Below the pieces are notes generated by a model. The model was given only the letters and a program-made list of their open reading frames with translations, did not search any database and had not been told where the DNA came from. A stretch of 62,632 nucleotides of DNA, filler included. It is 7 parts of 7 records of this genome, joined end to end, with 100 filler letters (N's around TTAATTAATTAA, not from the genome) between each part and the next. Parts side by side here need not be neighbours in the genome. Positions count along the whole stretch, not along the records: positions 17,578 to 23,354 come from SRR31156797_19216; positions 23,455 to 36,181 come from SRR31156797_19217; 5 more parts are not named here. The stretch is one strand, 5' to 3'. This document shows, piece after piece, positions 17,795 to 29,215 of the stretch. Position numbers and translations under genes: made by a program. Position 1 is the stretch's first letter; the number at the start of each line of letters is the position of its first letter.

Positions 17795-19150
17795 ATGTGT
17801 GCAATTGTTGGTATCTATGGGAATGACAATGCAGCGAGAATCGCAAGCGCTGCACTTTTTGCGATGCAACATCGTGGTCATGAAGCTTCTGGAATCAGTA
17901 GCGGTGGATATAGTGATAAAAAAATATTCACTATTAAAAAACGTGGTTATGTAAGAGATGTTTTTGATGAAGAGGCTTTTGAAGTTTTAAAGGGAAATAT
18001 CGCTATTGGTCACAATAGATACTCAACAGCTGGAAGTGAATCAGTTTTTGATGCACAGCCTATTCAAGCAGGATATAAATTAGGAGAGATCTCTATTGTT
18101 CATAATGGAAATCTTGTAGATAAGAATGAAGTACGTCAAAGACTTATTGATGAGGGATCAATTTTCCAAACAGATATGGATACTGAAAACCTTATCCACT
18201 TAATTGCAAAGTCAACGAAAAATAGACTTCGAGAAAGAATCACTGAAGCTTTAGAATCTGTAACAGGGGCTTATAACTTTATCATTCAAAGTAGAAGTAA
18301 ACTTTTTGTTATTAGAGATAAGCACGGTATTAGACCTCTTAGTCTTGGAAAACTAAAAAGTGGAGGTTGGATCGTTGCAAGTGAGACATGTGCTTTTGAT
18401 CTTGTAGATGCAGAGTATATAAGAGATGTAAAACCTGGGGAGATGCTTATCTTTGCACAAGATTATACTGAACCAGAATCTATCCAACTTTTTGAAGGTT
18501 TTGAATTTAGACCATGTGCTTTTGAGTATATCTATTTTGCAAGACCAGATTCTGTAATCGATGGAAAAAGTGTCTATAAAGCAAGAGAAAATATGGGGAA
18601 AGAGCTAGCTAAAAACGATATCAACTCTACTATAAAAGCAGATATGGTTATCCCTGTACCTGATTCAGGAGTACCAGCTGCTTTAGGATATGCAGAGATG
18701 AGTAAATTACCATTTGAGCTTGGTATTATTAGAAATCACTATGTTGGTAGAACTTTTATCGAACCAACTCAAGAGATGAGAAACCTTAAAGTAAAAATGA
18801 AACTCAACCCTATGAGATCTTTAATTGAAGGAAAATCTCTTATTGTAATTGATGATTCGATTGTAAGAGGAACTACAAGTAAAAGAATTGTTCATATGCT
18901 CAAAGAAGCTGGAGCTGCTGAAGTTCACTTTAGAGTGGCAAGCCCTATGATTCAACACCCTTGTTTTTATGGTATCGATACACCAACAAAAGAGGAGCTT
19001 ATTAACGCTCGTATGACAAAAGATGAAGTGTGTGAATATATTGGTGCAGATTCTTTAGAATACTTAAGTATTGATAACCTAAAAGACTCTCTTGGTAGAG
19101 AGAGAAACTACTCTTTGGTCAGTTTCGATGGTGATTACTTTATTGTATAA
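17795..19150 (+). CDS. purF: Amidophosphoribosyltransferase
   Basis: N-terminal Cys, QHRG, GHNRYST, VIDDSIVRGTT. Confidence 0.97.
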   Translation: MCAIVGIYGNDNAARIASAALFAMQHRGHEASGISSGGYSDKKIFTIKKRGYVRDVFDEEAFEVLKGNIAIGHNRYSTAGSESVFDAQPIQAGYKLGEISIVHNGNLVDKNEVRQRLIDEGSIFQTDMDTENLIHLIAKSTKNRLRERITEALESVTGAYNFIIQSRSKLFVIRDKHGIRPLSLGKLKSGGWIVASETCAFDLVDAEYIRDVKPGEMLIFAQDYTEPESIQLFEGFEFRPCAFEYIYFARPDSVIDGKSVYKARENMGKELAKNDINSTIKADMVIPVPDSGVPAALGYAEMSKLPFELGIIRNHYVGRTFIEPTQEMRNLKVKMKLNPMRSLIEGKSLIVIDDSIVRGTTSKRIVHMLKEAGAAEVHFRVASPMIQHPCFYGIDTPTKEELINARMTKDEVCEYIGADSLEYLSIDNLKDSLGRERNYSLVSFDGDYFIV

Positions 19151-19158
19151 GGGGAACA

Positions 19159-20109
19159 TTGGAACATCTTAATACAATAGGAAGATACTGGAGAAAAAAG
19201 TATAAGCAAAAAGTTTATAAGATCCCTATTAGCATTTCAGGTTTTACTTGTCCAAATATTGATGGAACTGTAGCCAAAGGGGGATGTAGTTTTTGTGAAA
19301 ATGAGTCATTTTCTCCAAATCTTAAAGATAATTCAAAATTTAAACTCAATCTTTTTAGTAAAAGCAATCCCTATTTAGAAAAACAGTTACAACAGCTTGA
19401 GATGCAGTTTATAGCAACTAGAGATGTTTTACAAAACAAATTTGGTGCAAAAAAATTTATTGTGTATTTTCAATCCTTTACCAATACATATGCACCATTA
19501 GATACATTAAAAGCGCTTTATGAAAAGGCTTTAAGTTTTGATAATGTTGTGGGGCTTAGTATTGGTACACGAACTGATTGTATCACAGATGAAACTTTAG
19601 ACTATCTAAAAGAACTCTCAACTGATAAAGAGATCTGGGTAGAGTATGGAATCCAATCAATTTATGATGAAACCCTAGAAAAAATCAATCGTGGGCATGA
19701 TTTTTCAAATATTAAAGAGTGGATAGAAAAAACAAAACAAAGAGAGCTTCTTGTATGTGGGCATATGATCTTTGGACTTCCTGATGAAACCCAAGAGATG
19801 ATGTTAAAAGGAGTGGAAGAGTCTATCAAACTTGGAATAGATTCTATTAAGTTTCATCCTTTATATGTGGTAGAGAATACACTTTTAACCCTTGATTATA
19901 AACAAGGGGATTTCCATCCTATCTCGGAAGAGCTTTACATAGACACCTTAGTAAAAGCTATTAAAATGCTTCCATCAAATATCTCTATATCAAGAGTTAC
20001 TGCAGGGATCAGCGATCAAACTCTTCTTGATCCTAGGTGGTGTAATAATAAACATAGACAGATGCACAATATCAAACAAGCACTTTTAAAAAATGGATTG
20101 ATCTACTAA
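19159..20109 (+). CDS. Radical SAM protein, YhcC/TIGR01212 family
   Basis: GFTCPNIDGTVAKGGCSFC, YFQSFTNTY, INRGH. Confidence 0.9.
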   Translation: MEHLNTIGRYWRKKYKQKVYKIPISISGFTCPNIDGTVAKGGCSFCENESFSPNLKDNSKFKLNLFSKSNPYLEKQLQQLEMQFIATRDVLQNKFGAKKFIVYFQSFTNTYAPLDTLKALYEKALSFDNVVGLSIGTRTDCITDETLDYLKELSTDKEIWVEYGIQSIYDETLEKINRGHDFSNIKEWIEKTKQRELLVCGHMIFGLPDETQEMMLKGVEESIKLGIDSIKFHPLYVVENTLLTLDYKQGDFHPISEELYIDTLVKAIKMLPSNISISRVTAGISDQTLLDPRWCNNKHRQMHNIKQALLKNGLIY

Positions 20110-20748
20110 ATGAAACATAAACGATGTGAAATGCTTTTTGGAGATAACTTTGAGAAGCTAAAAAATGCAAAAATAATTATTCTTGGAGTTGGTGGAGTTG
20201 GTGGTTATGCCCTTGATTGTCTCTATCGAACTGGAATAGAAAATATCACTATAGTAGATTTTGACACCTTTGATATTACCAATCAAAATAGACAAATTGG
20301 TAGTGATGCAGTAGGAGCAGTAAAAGTTGAACACCTTAAAACCCTCTACCCAAATGTTACTCCTATCAATCAAAAAATAGATACCACATGGATAGATACT
20401 TTTGACTTTTCCTCTTATGATCTTATTTTAGATGCTATAGATGATATCGATGCAAAAATCCACTTAATCAAAACACATTATAAAAAACTTATCTCAAGTG
20501 GTGGAAGTGCAAAAAGGATCGATCCTACGAAAATAGAATATATCAATATCTTCAAAACATATAATGATCCTTTTGTAAAAAGACTACGAGAAAAGCTAAA
20601 AAAAGACAAATTTAACAAAAACTTTAAGATCATTTTTTCCTCTGAACTCCCTAATTGTAAAGATCTCGGAAGTTTTGTTGGGGTGACTGGTTCTTTTGGA
20701 TTAACCATGTGTAGTATAACTATTCAAAAATTATTAAGTGAAAAATAG
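20110..20748 (+). CDS. tcdA: ThiF-family tRNA threonylcarbamoyladenosine dehydratase
   Basis: GVGGVGG, DFDTFDITNQNRQ, DAIDD, GSFVGVTGSFGL. Confidence 0.8.
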   Translation: MKHKRCEMLFGDNFEKLKNAKIIILGVGGVGGYALDCLYRTGIENITIVDFDTFDITNQNRQIGSDAVGAVKVEHLKTLYPNVTPINQKIDTTWIDTFDFSSYDLILDAIDDIDAKIHLIKTHYKKLISSGGSAKRIDPTKIEYINIFKTYNDPFVKRLREKLKKDKFNKNFKIIFSSELPNCKDLGSFVGVTGSFGLTMCSITIQKLLSEK

Positions 20749-20788
20749 ATAAAATTAATAAAATATTCAATCTTAACAAGGAATTTAC

Positions 20789-21700
20789 ATGAGCGGAATT
20801 AGTAACAGTGTAGAGCAATTAACACAAGCTCATCTTAGAAATGTTCAACAGTTAGCTGTTTTTAGAACAGGAAATGATGATATTTACGCTATTAATATAG
20901 CAAAAATCAAAGCCTTCATTATCACTGAAGAGGTTCAGATCACTGATACCCCTGCTGATACAGATGTAATTGAGGGGATCGCAACAATTAGAGGGGAACC
21001 AGTTACTTTAGTGAATCTAGATAGATGGCTAGGGTATCAAAAACTTCCTATTAATGATTATAAATTAATCATCTTTTGTGAATTCAACCATAAACAAGTT
21101 GGGTTTTTAGTAAAAGATATGGTTAATATTGTTGAAAAAACTACGGCAGAACTTAAAAACAATGAAGATCAAAACTCAAAAGTAACATATACTACATATG
21201 TAGAAGTGAATGATAAAACAGTTCTTTGTACAGTTTTTAATGCAGAACAACTACTTTCAGATATAGGATGGACAGATATCAACGCAAGTGATCTTGATAG
21301 ATATGTAACCCAACCAGTTAAAAAAGATAAAAGAATCTTAGTTGCGGAAGATAGTGCTGTTGCAAGAGAAGTGATCAATCAATTTTTAATTAAAGCGAAT
21401 GCGAATTTTGAGATCTTACATGATGGAGGACAACTTCTTCATAGACTTCAAGAATACAATCCAAAGGATATAGGTCTCATTATCACAGATATTGAGATGC
21501 CAGGAACTGATGGATATCAAGTAGCACAAGCCATTAAAGACAACCCTGCATATAGTCATATCCCTGTAGTAGTAAACTCAAGTATGACAACAGAAGCGGT
21601 TAAAGGAAAGATGACTCGAATTGGTATTGATGACTTTGTTGGAAAAACTGATGTACCTGCTCTTTATAATGTTGTTATAAAATATATTGGGCTTGCTTAA
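20789..21700 (+). CDS. cheV: Chemotaxis coupling protein (CheW + receiver)
   Basis: N-terminal CheW-like domain, C-terminal receiver (ITDIEMP). Confidence 0.9.
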   Translation: MSGISNSVEQLTQAHLRNVQQLAVFRTGNDDIYAINIAKIKAFIITEEVQITDTPADTDVIEGIATIRGEPVTLVNLDRWLGYQKLPINDYKLIIFCEFNHKQVGFLVKDMVNIVEKTTAELKNNEDQNSKVTYTTYVEVNDKTVLCTVFNAEQLLSDIGWTDINASDLDRYVTQPVKKDKRILVAEDSAVAREVINQFLIKANANFEILHDGGQLLHRLQEYNPKDIGLIITDIEMPGTDGYQVAQAIKDNPAYSHIPVVVNSSMTTEAVKGKMTRIGIDDFVGKTDVPALYNVVIKYIGLA

Positions 21701-23250
21701 TTAAAATCTTTATTTGAATGAAGTACAATTTGTACTTCATCTTTGTAAATTCCTAAATGACCTGAAAGTATGGTGATCTTTTTCCCATCTTTTGGCTCAT
21801 TTACCTCTTTTTTAAAATAGAGTCTTATTTTTTTATATTTCCCCTCTTTAAAATAGTATAAATATCTTTTTTTATAGATACCCTCTAAATTCTTGATAAT
21901 ATTATTTTGATATTTTTGTGCAAATAAATCAATCTTCATACCATCTAAATAATACTCTTTGAAATTATATATCTCCTTTGTTTTTAGCACATTAGAAGTG
22001 TTTTTAATCTCAACTAAACCATGATAATTATCTATTTGCTCAACTTTAAACTCATAAACACCACCTAATATAAACTCATCTGAGGGACGAAAAATAGTGA
22101 TCGCTTTTTGACTAATATTTTGATCTTTATGCTTAATGATTGCAATATTACCTCTTTTATAAATAACAACGATATCTTTTAAAGGGAAATTATCTATTTG
22201 CTGTACATTATAAAGAGTATCTATAGTTGAGAGGTATTTCTCACTTTTAAAATGATAGTTTTGTTTTGTCGTTGAAAAAGTTGCGATAATAGGCAGATGA
22301 TCAGAGTAGCCCTCTTTTTTATAGATATCCCATCTTACTATTTTAAAGTTTTTATAGAGATAATGGGGTTTAAAAACTCTAAAGCTTTTATCTTTATACC
22401 AGATCCCTTGATCATCAAAAAGCTGTTTTGATAATAGTATATTATCAGGGGTATTGTTTTTTCCTCGATATTTATTACTAAATCTATCAGAGTTTTGAAG
22501 ATCTAACCAACTATTATAATGAACTATTGTATCGTACGTATCAATATTATACTTTTGTATAAAGTTTTCTTTAATAGTTGTATTTAGTATTTGATTGATC
22601 CCAGTGACCCCTTTTGTGTCATTTAAACGATCATCATATTTAAAAGTATGATACTCATTATAGTTTGAATTAAGATCCCCTACTATTATATAGTCCGCAG
22701 AGGAGTTAAGGGTTTTTAAATCTTTATTTAGTGCCATAGCATACACTATTCGTGTACTCTCTTTAGCTCTTTTGGATCTCCAGTGATTATTATAAATGAT
22801 AAAGCTTTTTCCATCAATATTTATATTGCTTCGTAAGATATCTCTTGTGTGAGGATCTAAGCTATCCACATCTATCTGTTTTGAGCTTGTTATAGGATAT
22901 TTACTTAAAACTGCCACTCCAACAGAAGAGGTGTACTTTTTAGCAAACTTGTAGTATTTATATTTAGGAAGCTCTTTTAAAAGATGCTCTAAAGCATTTT
23001 GAGATTCTATCTCTTGAAGTGCAATAATATCTACATCGATATCTTTTAAAACTCTTGAGATATTTTTTACTTTTTTTTCTAAAACTAATCTATTCCAAGT
23101 AAGTGTATTTGGATGATACTCTTTGTATTCACTCTCATCATATTGAAGATCAAAGAGGTTTTCTACATTGTATGAAGCTACAGTAAACTCTCTAGCACCT
23201 ACACAAAGTGTAAATACTAAAAAGATAAGAAGAAGTTTTTTAACTAGCAA
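21697..23250 (-). CDS. Secreted endonuclease/exonuclease/phosphatase family protein
   Basis: Signal peptide, [24 protein letters not shown]. Confidence 0.88.
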   Translation of the reverse strand: MLVKKLLLIFLVFTLCVGAREFTVASYNVENLFDLQYDESEYKEYHPNTLTWNRLVLEKKVKNISRVLKDIDVDIIALQEIESQNALEHLLKELPKYKYYKFAKKYTSSVGVAVLSKYPITSSKQIDVDSLDPHTRDILRSNINIDGKSFIIYNNHWRSKRAKESTRIVYAMALNKDLKTLNSSADYIIVGDLNSNYNEYHTFKYDDRLNDTKGVTGINQILNTTIKENFIQKYNIDTYDTIVHYNSWLDLQNSDRFSNKYRGKNNTPDNILLSKQLFDDQGIWYKDKSFRVFKPHYLYKNFKIVRWDIYKKEGYSDHLPIIATFSTTKQNYHFKSEKYLSTIDTLYNVQQIDNFPLKDIVVIYKRGNIAIIKHKDQNISQKAITIFRPSDEFILGGVYEFKVEQIDNYHGLVEIKNTSNVLKTKEIYNFKEYYLDGMKIDLFAQKYQNNIIKNLEGIYKKRYLYYFKEGKYKKIRLYFKKEVNEPKDGKKITILSGHLGIYKDEVQIVLHSNKDFN

Positions 23251-23354
23251 GAGCTTTTTTTAGAAACTCTAGTGCGAAATCTTTTGCTTCATTGATTTTA
23301 GAAGCATCTTTCCCACCTGCTTGAGCGAAGTCTGGTCTTCCACCACCTCCACCA
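23240..23354 (-). CDS. alaS: Alanine-tRNA ligase, C-terminal fragment
   Basis: Manual translation [23 protein letters not shown]...*, the DHHA1 end of AlaS. Confidence 0.88.
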
Positions 23355-23454
23355 NNNNNNNNNNNNNNNNNNNNNNNNNNNNNNNNNNNNNNNNNNNNTT
23401 AATTAATTAANNNNNNNNNNNNNNNNNNNNNNNNNNNNNNNNNNNNNNNNNNNN

Positions 23455-24113
23455 GAGATATGGATTTTAAAGTAGCTGGAACAAAAGAGGGGATCACAGC
23501 TCTTCAAATGGATATAAAACTTGGTGGAATCTCCCTTGAAGTATTAAAAGAGGCTCTTTTTCAAGCAAAAGAGGGAAGAGTTCACATCTTAAGTTTAATG
23601 GAAGAGGCAAGTGAGCATATCATTCCAAGTGATGCACTTCCATTGATAGAACAATTCAGTATTGATCCAAGTAAAGTATTAGCTGTTATTGGAAAAGCAG
23701 GGTCAGTTATAAAAGAGCTTATTGAAAGATGGCAAGTATCTATTGATCTTGATAAAGCAACTGGAACTGTAAAAATAACTGGTGATAATAAAGATAATAT
23801 TCTAGGAGCGGTAGAAAATATTAAAAATATCTCTTCAAATGCTAAAAGTCATCATAAAAAAGAGACTATAAATTTTGAGAAACTCTATAATATTGATGAT
23901 ATTTTAGAAGGGAAAGTAGTAAGAATTGCTGACTTTGGGGCCTTTATTGAATTACCTGAGGGTGGAGAGGGATTATTACATATTTCAAAGATATCAAAAA
24001 AACGTGTAAATAATGTTTCTGACGTCTTATCTCCTAATGATAAAATTTCTGTAAAAGTATTAAAAGTATCAAAAGATAGAATTGAGCTTATTTCATCGGC
24101 GTATGAGAGCTAA
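23455..24113 (+). CDS. pnp: Polyribonucleotide nucleotidyltransferase, C-terminal fragment
   Basis: DMDFKVAGT..GITALQMDIK, KH and S1 domains. Confidence 0.95.
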
Positions 24114-24182
24114 TTTTTAGATTAATTTAATATAATTTTAGTTATAGTTATTAGATATGAGATTACTACTAAGGGAATATGG

Positions 24183-24548
24183 ATGAAACTGCTTATTGTA
24201 GATGACTCTACTATGTTGAGAGATATGCTCTCTTATGCTCTCAACGAGGGTGGATATAACGATGTGATTGAAGCTATTGATGGTATTGATGGATTGGAAA
24301 AAGCAAAAGCAAATGCTTTTGATTTAGTCATTACAGATGTTAATATGCCTAATATGGATGGTTTAACATTTATTGAAGAGTTACGAAAACTTCCTCAATA
24401 TGAAAAAACTCCAATTTTAGTTTTAACAACTGAAAGAAGTGATGAGATGAAATCAAAAGGAAAATCTTGTGGTGCAACGGGATGGATCGTTAAGCCATTC
24501 GTTCCTGATCAGCTACTAAAAGCTGTAAATATAGTATTAAGTAAATAA
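24183..24548 (+). CDS. cheY: Chemotaxis response regulator
   Basis: Single receiver (VDD, DVNMP, KPF) upstream of cheA. Confidence 0.9.
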   Translation: MKLLIVDDSTMLRDMLSYALNEGGYNDVIEAIDGIDGLEKAKANAFDLVITDVNMPNMDGLTFIEELRKLPQYEKTPILVLTTERSDEMKSKGKSCGATGWIVKPFVPDQLLKAVNIVLSK

Positions 24549-24562
24549 GGAAAGGGTATAAA

Positions 24563-26587
24563 ATGTCTGGATTTGATATTTCAATGTATAGGGATATGTT
24601 TTTAGAAGAGGCTGAAGAACTTTTTGAATCAGCAGATAATGTACTTCTAGAAGCAGAAAACAATGGTGCTTTAACTGATGATGAAATGAGTCAACTCTTT
24701 AGAGATGTACATACACTTAAAGGGAGTGGAGCATCAGTTGAACTAGCATTCTTTGCTGAATTTACTCATGATGTTGAGAACATGATGGATAAATTAAGAA
24801 ACCACCAACTTGAATATCAACCAGATATGGCTGGTACGTTAATTGATGGTCTTGATGTAATGAAAGAGATCCTTCAATTAGAGTGTGATGGAGAGATGGA
24901 TAGAGATAAATTTACAGAGATGACATCTGAACTTCTTACTACCATTAGAAGTTATATGGATGGAAATGCTCCAGCTCCTGCCCAAGAAGCATCAACACCA
25001 GCTCCAGAAGCTGCACCAGAAGCAACACAAACTGAGAGTGCTGCACCTGCTGCTCCTACTTCAACTTCTGCGAAAAGTAAAACTGGAAATGGTGCATGGG
25101 GATTTTTTGATGAAGATGAACTTGACGCACATAATGAGCATGATGATTCAAACCAAGAAAATGAAAACTTTGGATTCTTCGATGATACAGAACAGATCAC
25201 ACCAGCAAGTAAAATAGAAGCACCAGCTCCAACTGCAGCACCTGTAAAAGAGGAACCAGTTGAAGAAAAAACAGCTCCAGCACCTGCTGCTGCGGCTCCA
25301 GCTAAAAAAGCTCCATCTGGAGGAGATAAAAAAGAAGCTCCAGCTAAAAAAGCAGCTACTAGTACTATTAGGGTAAACCTTGATAAGATCGATCTACTTA
25401 TGAATAATGTAGGGGATCTAGTTATTACAAATGCAATGCTTACACAATATGGTACAACTATTAAAGAAAATAAAGTAAGAAATTCAGTACTTGAAAGACT
25501 AGAATTACTAGAGCGTCATATTAGAGATATGCAAGATTCTATCATGAGTATTCGTATGGTACCAATGGAATCTATTTATTCTAAATTCCCTAAAGTTGTA
25601 AGAGATATTTCTAAAAAACTTAAAAAGAAAATTGAATTTAAACATGAGGGGGATAGTGTTGAGATCGATAAAGCAATGATTGAAGGTTTAACAGACCCAT
25701 TAATGCATATTATTAGAAACTCACTAGACCATGGTATCGAAATGCCAGAAGATAGAACAGCTTCAGGAAAATCTGAAACTGGTACTATTTTAATTTCAGC
25801 AGAACAAGCAAATGGTCAAATGATCATTACTATTAAAGATGATGGTAAAGGGATCAATGCAGAAAAAGTTGCAGCGAAAGCTCTTAGCAATGGATTGATC
25901 GATGATCAACAAATGGCAACTATGACTGATAATGAAAAAGCAATGCTTATTTTTGGAGCAGGGGTAAGTACAGCAGATCAAATCACAGATATTTCTGGCC
26001 GTGGTGTTGGTATGGACGTTGTAAAAACAAACATTACAAAACTTGGTGGTGTTATTGACCTTGACACAGAACTAGGTGTTGGAACAACTATCACAATTAT
26101 GCTTCCACTGACTCTTGCGATCCTTGATGGTCTTGATATTGCTGTTGGAGATATTAAATATATCTTACCTTTAAGTGCGATTGTTGAATCACTTCAGCCG
26201 ACTTCTGAAATGATCAAAAGAATTGGTGATGGTTCACAAGATCTTTTAATGCTAAGAGAAGAGTTTATTCCAGTAGTTAGAATCCATCAGCTATTCAATA
26301 TCCCAAGTAAACATAGAAAACTTGAAGATGGAATGTTGATCGTTGTAAAATCAGGTGCTGCAAAAGTTGCAATCTTTATTGATGAATTCTTACATCAACA
26401 TCAAGTGGTTGTAAAACCATTAGATAAAAACTTTAGAAGTGTTGAAGGTATTGGTGCTGCAACTGTTAGAGGTGATGGTAGTATCGGTCTTATTTTAGAT
26501 GTAATGGGTATCATTGAAGCACAAAAAAAATCAGAACAACACCATTCAGATACGAAAGAGCTTGAAAAACATAAAGCTGCATCGTAA
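24563..26587 (+). CDS. cheA: Chemotaxis histidine kinase
   Basis: Hpt HTLKG, HIIRNSLDHG, SGRGVGMDVV, C-terminal CheW domain. Confidence 0.97.
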   Translation: MSGFDISMYRDMFLEEAEELFESADNVLLEAENNGALTDDEMSQLFRDVHTLKGSGASVELAFFAEFTHDVENMMDKLRNHQLEYQPDMAGTLIDGLDVMKEILQLECDGEMDRDKFTEMTSELLTTIRSYMDGNAPAPAQEASTPAPEAAPEATQTESAAPAAPTSTSAKSKTGNGAWGFFDEDELDAHNEHDDSNQENENFGFFDDTEQITPASKIEAPAPTAAPVKEEPVEEKTAPAPAAAAPAKKAPSGGDKKEAPAKKAATSTIRVNLDKIDLLMNNVGDLVITNAMLTQYGTTIKENKVRNSVLERLELLERHIRDMQDSIMSIRMVPMESIYSKFPKVVRDISKKLKKKIEFKHEGDSVEIDKAMIEGLTDPLMHIIRNSLDHGIEMPEDRTASGKSETGTILISAEQANGQMIITIKDDGKGINAEKVAAKALSNGLIDDQQMATMTDNEKAMLIFGAGVSTADQITDISGRGVGMDVVKTNITKLGGVIDLDTELGVGTTITIMLPLTLAILDGLDIAVGDIKYILPLSAIVESLQPTSEMIKRIGDGSQDLLMLREEFIPVVRIHQLFNIPSKHRKLEDGMLIVVKSGAAKVAIFIDEFLHQHQVVVKPLDKNFRSVEGIGAATVRGDGSIGLILDVMGIIEAQKKSEQHHSDTKELEKHKAAS

Positions 26588-26595
26588 GGCTTGCG

Positions 26596-27423
26596 ATGGC
26601 AAGTATCAATGAATTACATGAGAAGGTAAAAACCTTACTTTATTCTTTGACAGGGATTACTCTTACAGAGAATAAAGATATCATGATAAGTAATAGACTA
26701 GATAAGTTAAAAAGAAATGCAAAATATTCAGGAAATATTGACGATCTTTTAGAAGAGGTTGAACAAGGGTATTATTTAACTGAGTTTATTAATACCTTTA
26801 CAACTAATAAAACTCACTTTTTTCGAGAGGAGTTTCATTTTGAAGATCTAAGAAGTAGAGTATTACCTGAGTTTGACAAAACAAATAAACAGATAAAAAT
26901 GTATTGTTCAGCAGCCTCAACAGGAGAGGAACCTTACTCAATGGCAATGACAGTAAAAGAAGTAAACCCTATGATGAAAGCTTCAATTATTGCTACAGAT
27001 ATTGATACAGATGTTCTTCAACAAGCTGCTAATGGGATTTATAGGTTTCAAAAAAGCTCAAAAGAGTTTCCAGATTGGATCAAACCACAAAAGTATTTTA
27101 AAAGAAGAATCCAGAAAAATCTTACTGGAGATGAGATACTTATAAAAGCAAATGATGATTTGAAACAGATGATCACCTTTGCACAAATGAATTTAAATGA
27201 TCCATCATATCCTTTTGATGAACATCAATTTGATGTGATATTTTGTAGAAATGTTCTTATCTACTTTACAGTTGAAGATCAAAATAAGATCTTAAAAAAA
27301 CTTTTTAAACACTTAAAAATAGATGGAACACTTTATATTGGACACTCTGAGAATCCTCATGATTTGATCAACTACACAAGAAGAGTTGGTCAAAACATTT
27401 ATGTAAAAATTAAGGATATATAG
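26596..27423 (+). CDS. cheR: Chemotaxis methyltransferase
   Basis: TTNKTHFFRE, AASTGEEPYS, IFCRNVLIYF, GHSE. Confidence 0.95.
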   Translation: MASINELHEKVKTLLYSLTGITLTENKDIMISNRLDKLKRNAKYSGNIDDLLEEVEQGYYLTEFINTFTTNKTHFFREEFHFEDLRSRVLPEFDKTNKQIKMYCSAASTGEEPYSMAMTVKEVNPMMKASIIATDIDTDVLQQAANGIYRFQKSSKEFPDWIKPQKYFKRRIQKNLTGDEILIKANDDLKQMITFAQMNLNDPSYPFDEHQFDVIFCRNVLIYFTVEDQNKILKKLFKHLKIDGTLYIGHSENPHDLINYTRRVGQNIYVKIKDI

Positions 27424-28104
27424 ATGATAACCCTTGGGCACAAAGATGGGTCTATTGAAAGAATATCAACTTCACGTATTACTCAAATAGTCAAAGGAAT
27501 GCCAACTCATACTGTAATTGGTGGTGAATTTGCTGTTGCAGCTGATAGTGAAAATGTAGCATTTAAAACTCTCCTTGGTTCTTGTGTTGCTATTATGTTT
27601 TATGATCGTGTTCAAGGGATTAAAGGGATGAATCACTTTTTACTTCCATCTACCAATAATGCCAATGAAGATATGAAATATGGACTCTATTCAGTAGAAG
27701 CAATGCTTAATGAGATGTATAAACTAGGATGTTCAAAACATAATATGGCTGCAAAGATTTCAGGTGGAGCTGATATTATGAATATTGGTTCTATGTCTCA
27801 AAGTATTGGTCATAGAAATGTGGAATTTGCTCATACTTTTTGTCAATCTGAAGGGTTTCGGGTCCTCTCTGATCATACGAGAGGAAATGCTGGACGGGTT
27901 ATTTTAATGGCAAATAGATTTGAAACCTTTATTAAAAATGTTGAGAATAAAAATACATCTAATGAAGTGGCAGAACAAGAAAGAAAACTTACAAGAGAAC
28001 TTTCAATCAGAAAACCAGCTACCTCAGAATATGTCAGCGGTACAGGTATTTTTGATTATGATTCAAAACAACAATCCAGCTCTATGGAAATGGAATTTTT
28101 TTAA
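27424..28104 (+). CDS. cheD: Chemoreceptor glutamine deamidase
   Basis: TLLGSCVA, GMNHFLLP, KISGGA. Confidence 0.92.
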   Translation: MITLGHKDGSIERISTSRITQIVKGMPTHTVIGGEFAVAADSENVAFKTLLGSCVAIMFYDRVQGIKGMNHFLLPSTNNANEDMKYGLYSVEAMLNEMYKLGCSKHNMAAKISGGADIMNIGSMSQSIGHRNVEFAHTFCQSEGFRVLSDHTRGNAGRVILMANRFETFIKNVENKNTSNEVAEQERKLTRELSIRKPATSEYVSGTGIFDYDSKQQSSSMEMEFF

Positions 28105-28117
28105 AAAGGTATTATAG

Positions 28118-29212
28118 ATGTATACAGTACTTGTAATAGATGATTCTATTTCAATGAGAAGAATGATCAAAGACTTTATCAACTCCTTAGAAGATTTTAA
28201 AGTGGTTGATCAAGCTGCAGACGCATATGAAGCAAGAGAAAAAATTAAACAACTTGAACCAGATCTAGTAACAATAGATATCAATATGCCTAAAATGGAT
28301 GGGGTAACATTTTTAAGAAACCTTATGAGATTGCACCCTATGCCTGCAGTAGTTATCTCAGGAGAAGGCGTAAGAGGAAGTGATATATTTGATGATGGAG
28401 CTGTTGGGTTTATCCCAAAGCCAGAGCTTGGAGAAGCTATGGCTTCATTTCAAAAACGTATAGAAGAAACTCTTTTAAGACTCACTTTTCTACTTAGTAA
28501 ATATACTCTTAAAAAACCAAAACCAATTCAAACTTCCCAAACTCCAGTAAAAAAAGCTGATACATCAGGTGGTTTACATGAAAGGAAAGTTCACCCTGAT
28601 GAGATCTTACCAAGTAGACCAGCACACTTACCTGGTGCTAAAATTGTTGCTATTGGTTCTTCGACAGGGGGTGTAGAATCACTTTTAAAAGTATTTGAAA
28701 AACTCCCCTCAAACCTTCCTCCAATAGTAATAGCCCAACATATCCCTTATGGATTTTCAAGTTCTTTTGCACAAAGACTAGATACCTCGTCAAATGTTCA
28801 TGTAATGGAAGTTACTGGTGATGTGATTTTAGAAAAAGGTTCTGCATACTTAGCACCAGGGAATATGCATCTCACGGTGGAGAAACAAGGCTCTAATTAT
28901 GTTGGAAGATTATTAGATGCTTCAAGAGTTAGTCGGCATAAACCAAGTGTGGATGTACTTTTTAGAAGTGTCAATAATAGTGCAGGTGGTGGTGCAATGG
29001 CCATTATGATGACGGGTATGGGTGATGATGGCACTATTGGGATGAAAAACCTTTTTGATAATGGTGCATATACAGTTGCTCAAAATGAAGAAAGTTGCGT
29101 AGTTTTTGGAATGCCACAGCAAGCTATAAAAGCAGGAGCAGTAAAAGATATATGCCATCTTAATGAGATAGCAAATTATATTATCGATTTTGCAAATGGG
29201 ATAAGAAAATAA
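28118..29212 (+). CDS. cheB: Chemotaxis response-regulator methylesterase
   Basis: Receiver plus GSSTGG, HKPSVDVLF, MTGMGDDG. Confidence 0.95.
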   Translation: MYTVLVIDDSISMRRMIKDFINSLEDFKVVDQAADAYEAREKIKQLEPDLVTIDINMPKMDGVTFLRNLMRLHPMPAVVISGEGVRGSDIFDDGAVGFIPKPELGEAMASFQKRIEETLLRLTFLLSKYTLKKPKPIQTSQTPVKKADTSGGLHERKVHPDEILPSRPAHLPGAKIVAIGSSTGGVESLLKVFEKLPSNLPPIVIAQHIPYGFSSSFAQRLDTSSNVHVMEVTGDVILEKGSAYLAPGNMHLTVEKQGSNYVGRLLDASRVSRHKPSVDVLFRSVNNSAGGGAMAIMMTGMGDDGTIGMKNLFDNGAYTVAQNEESCVVFGMPQQAIKAGAVKDICHLNEIANYIIDFANGIRK

Positions 29213-29215
29213 TAG

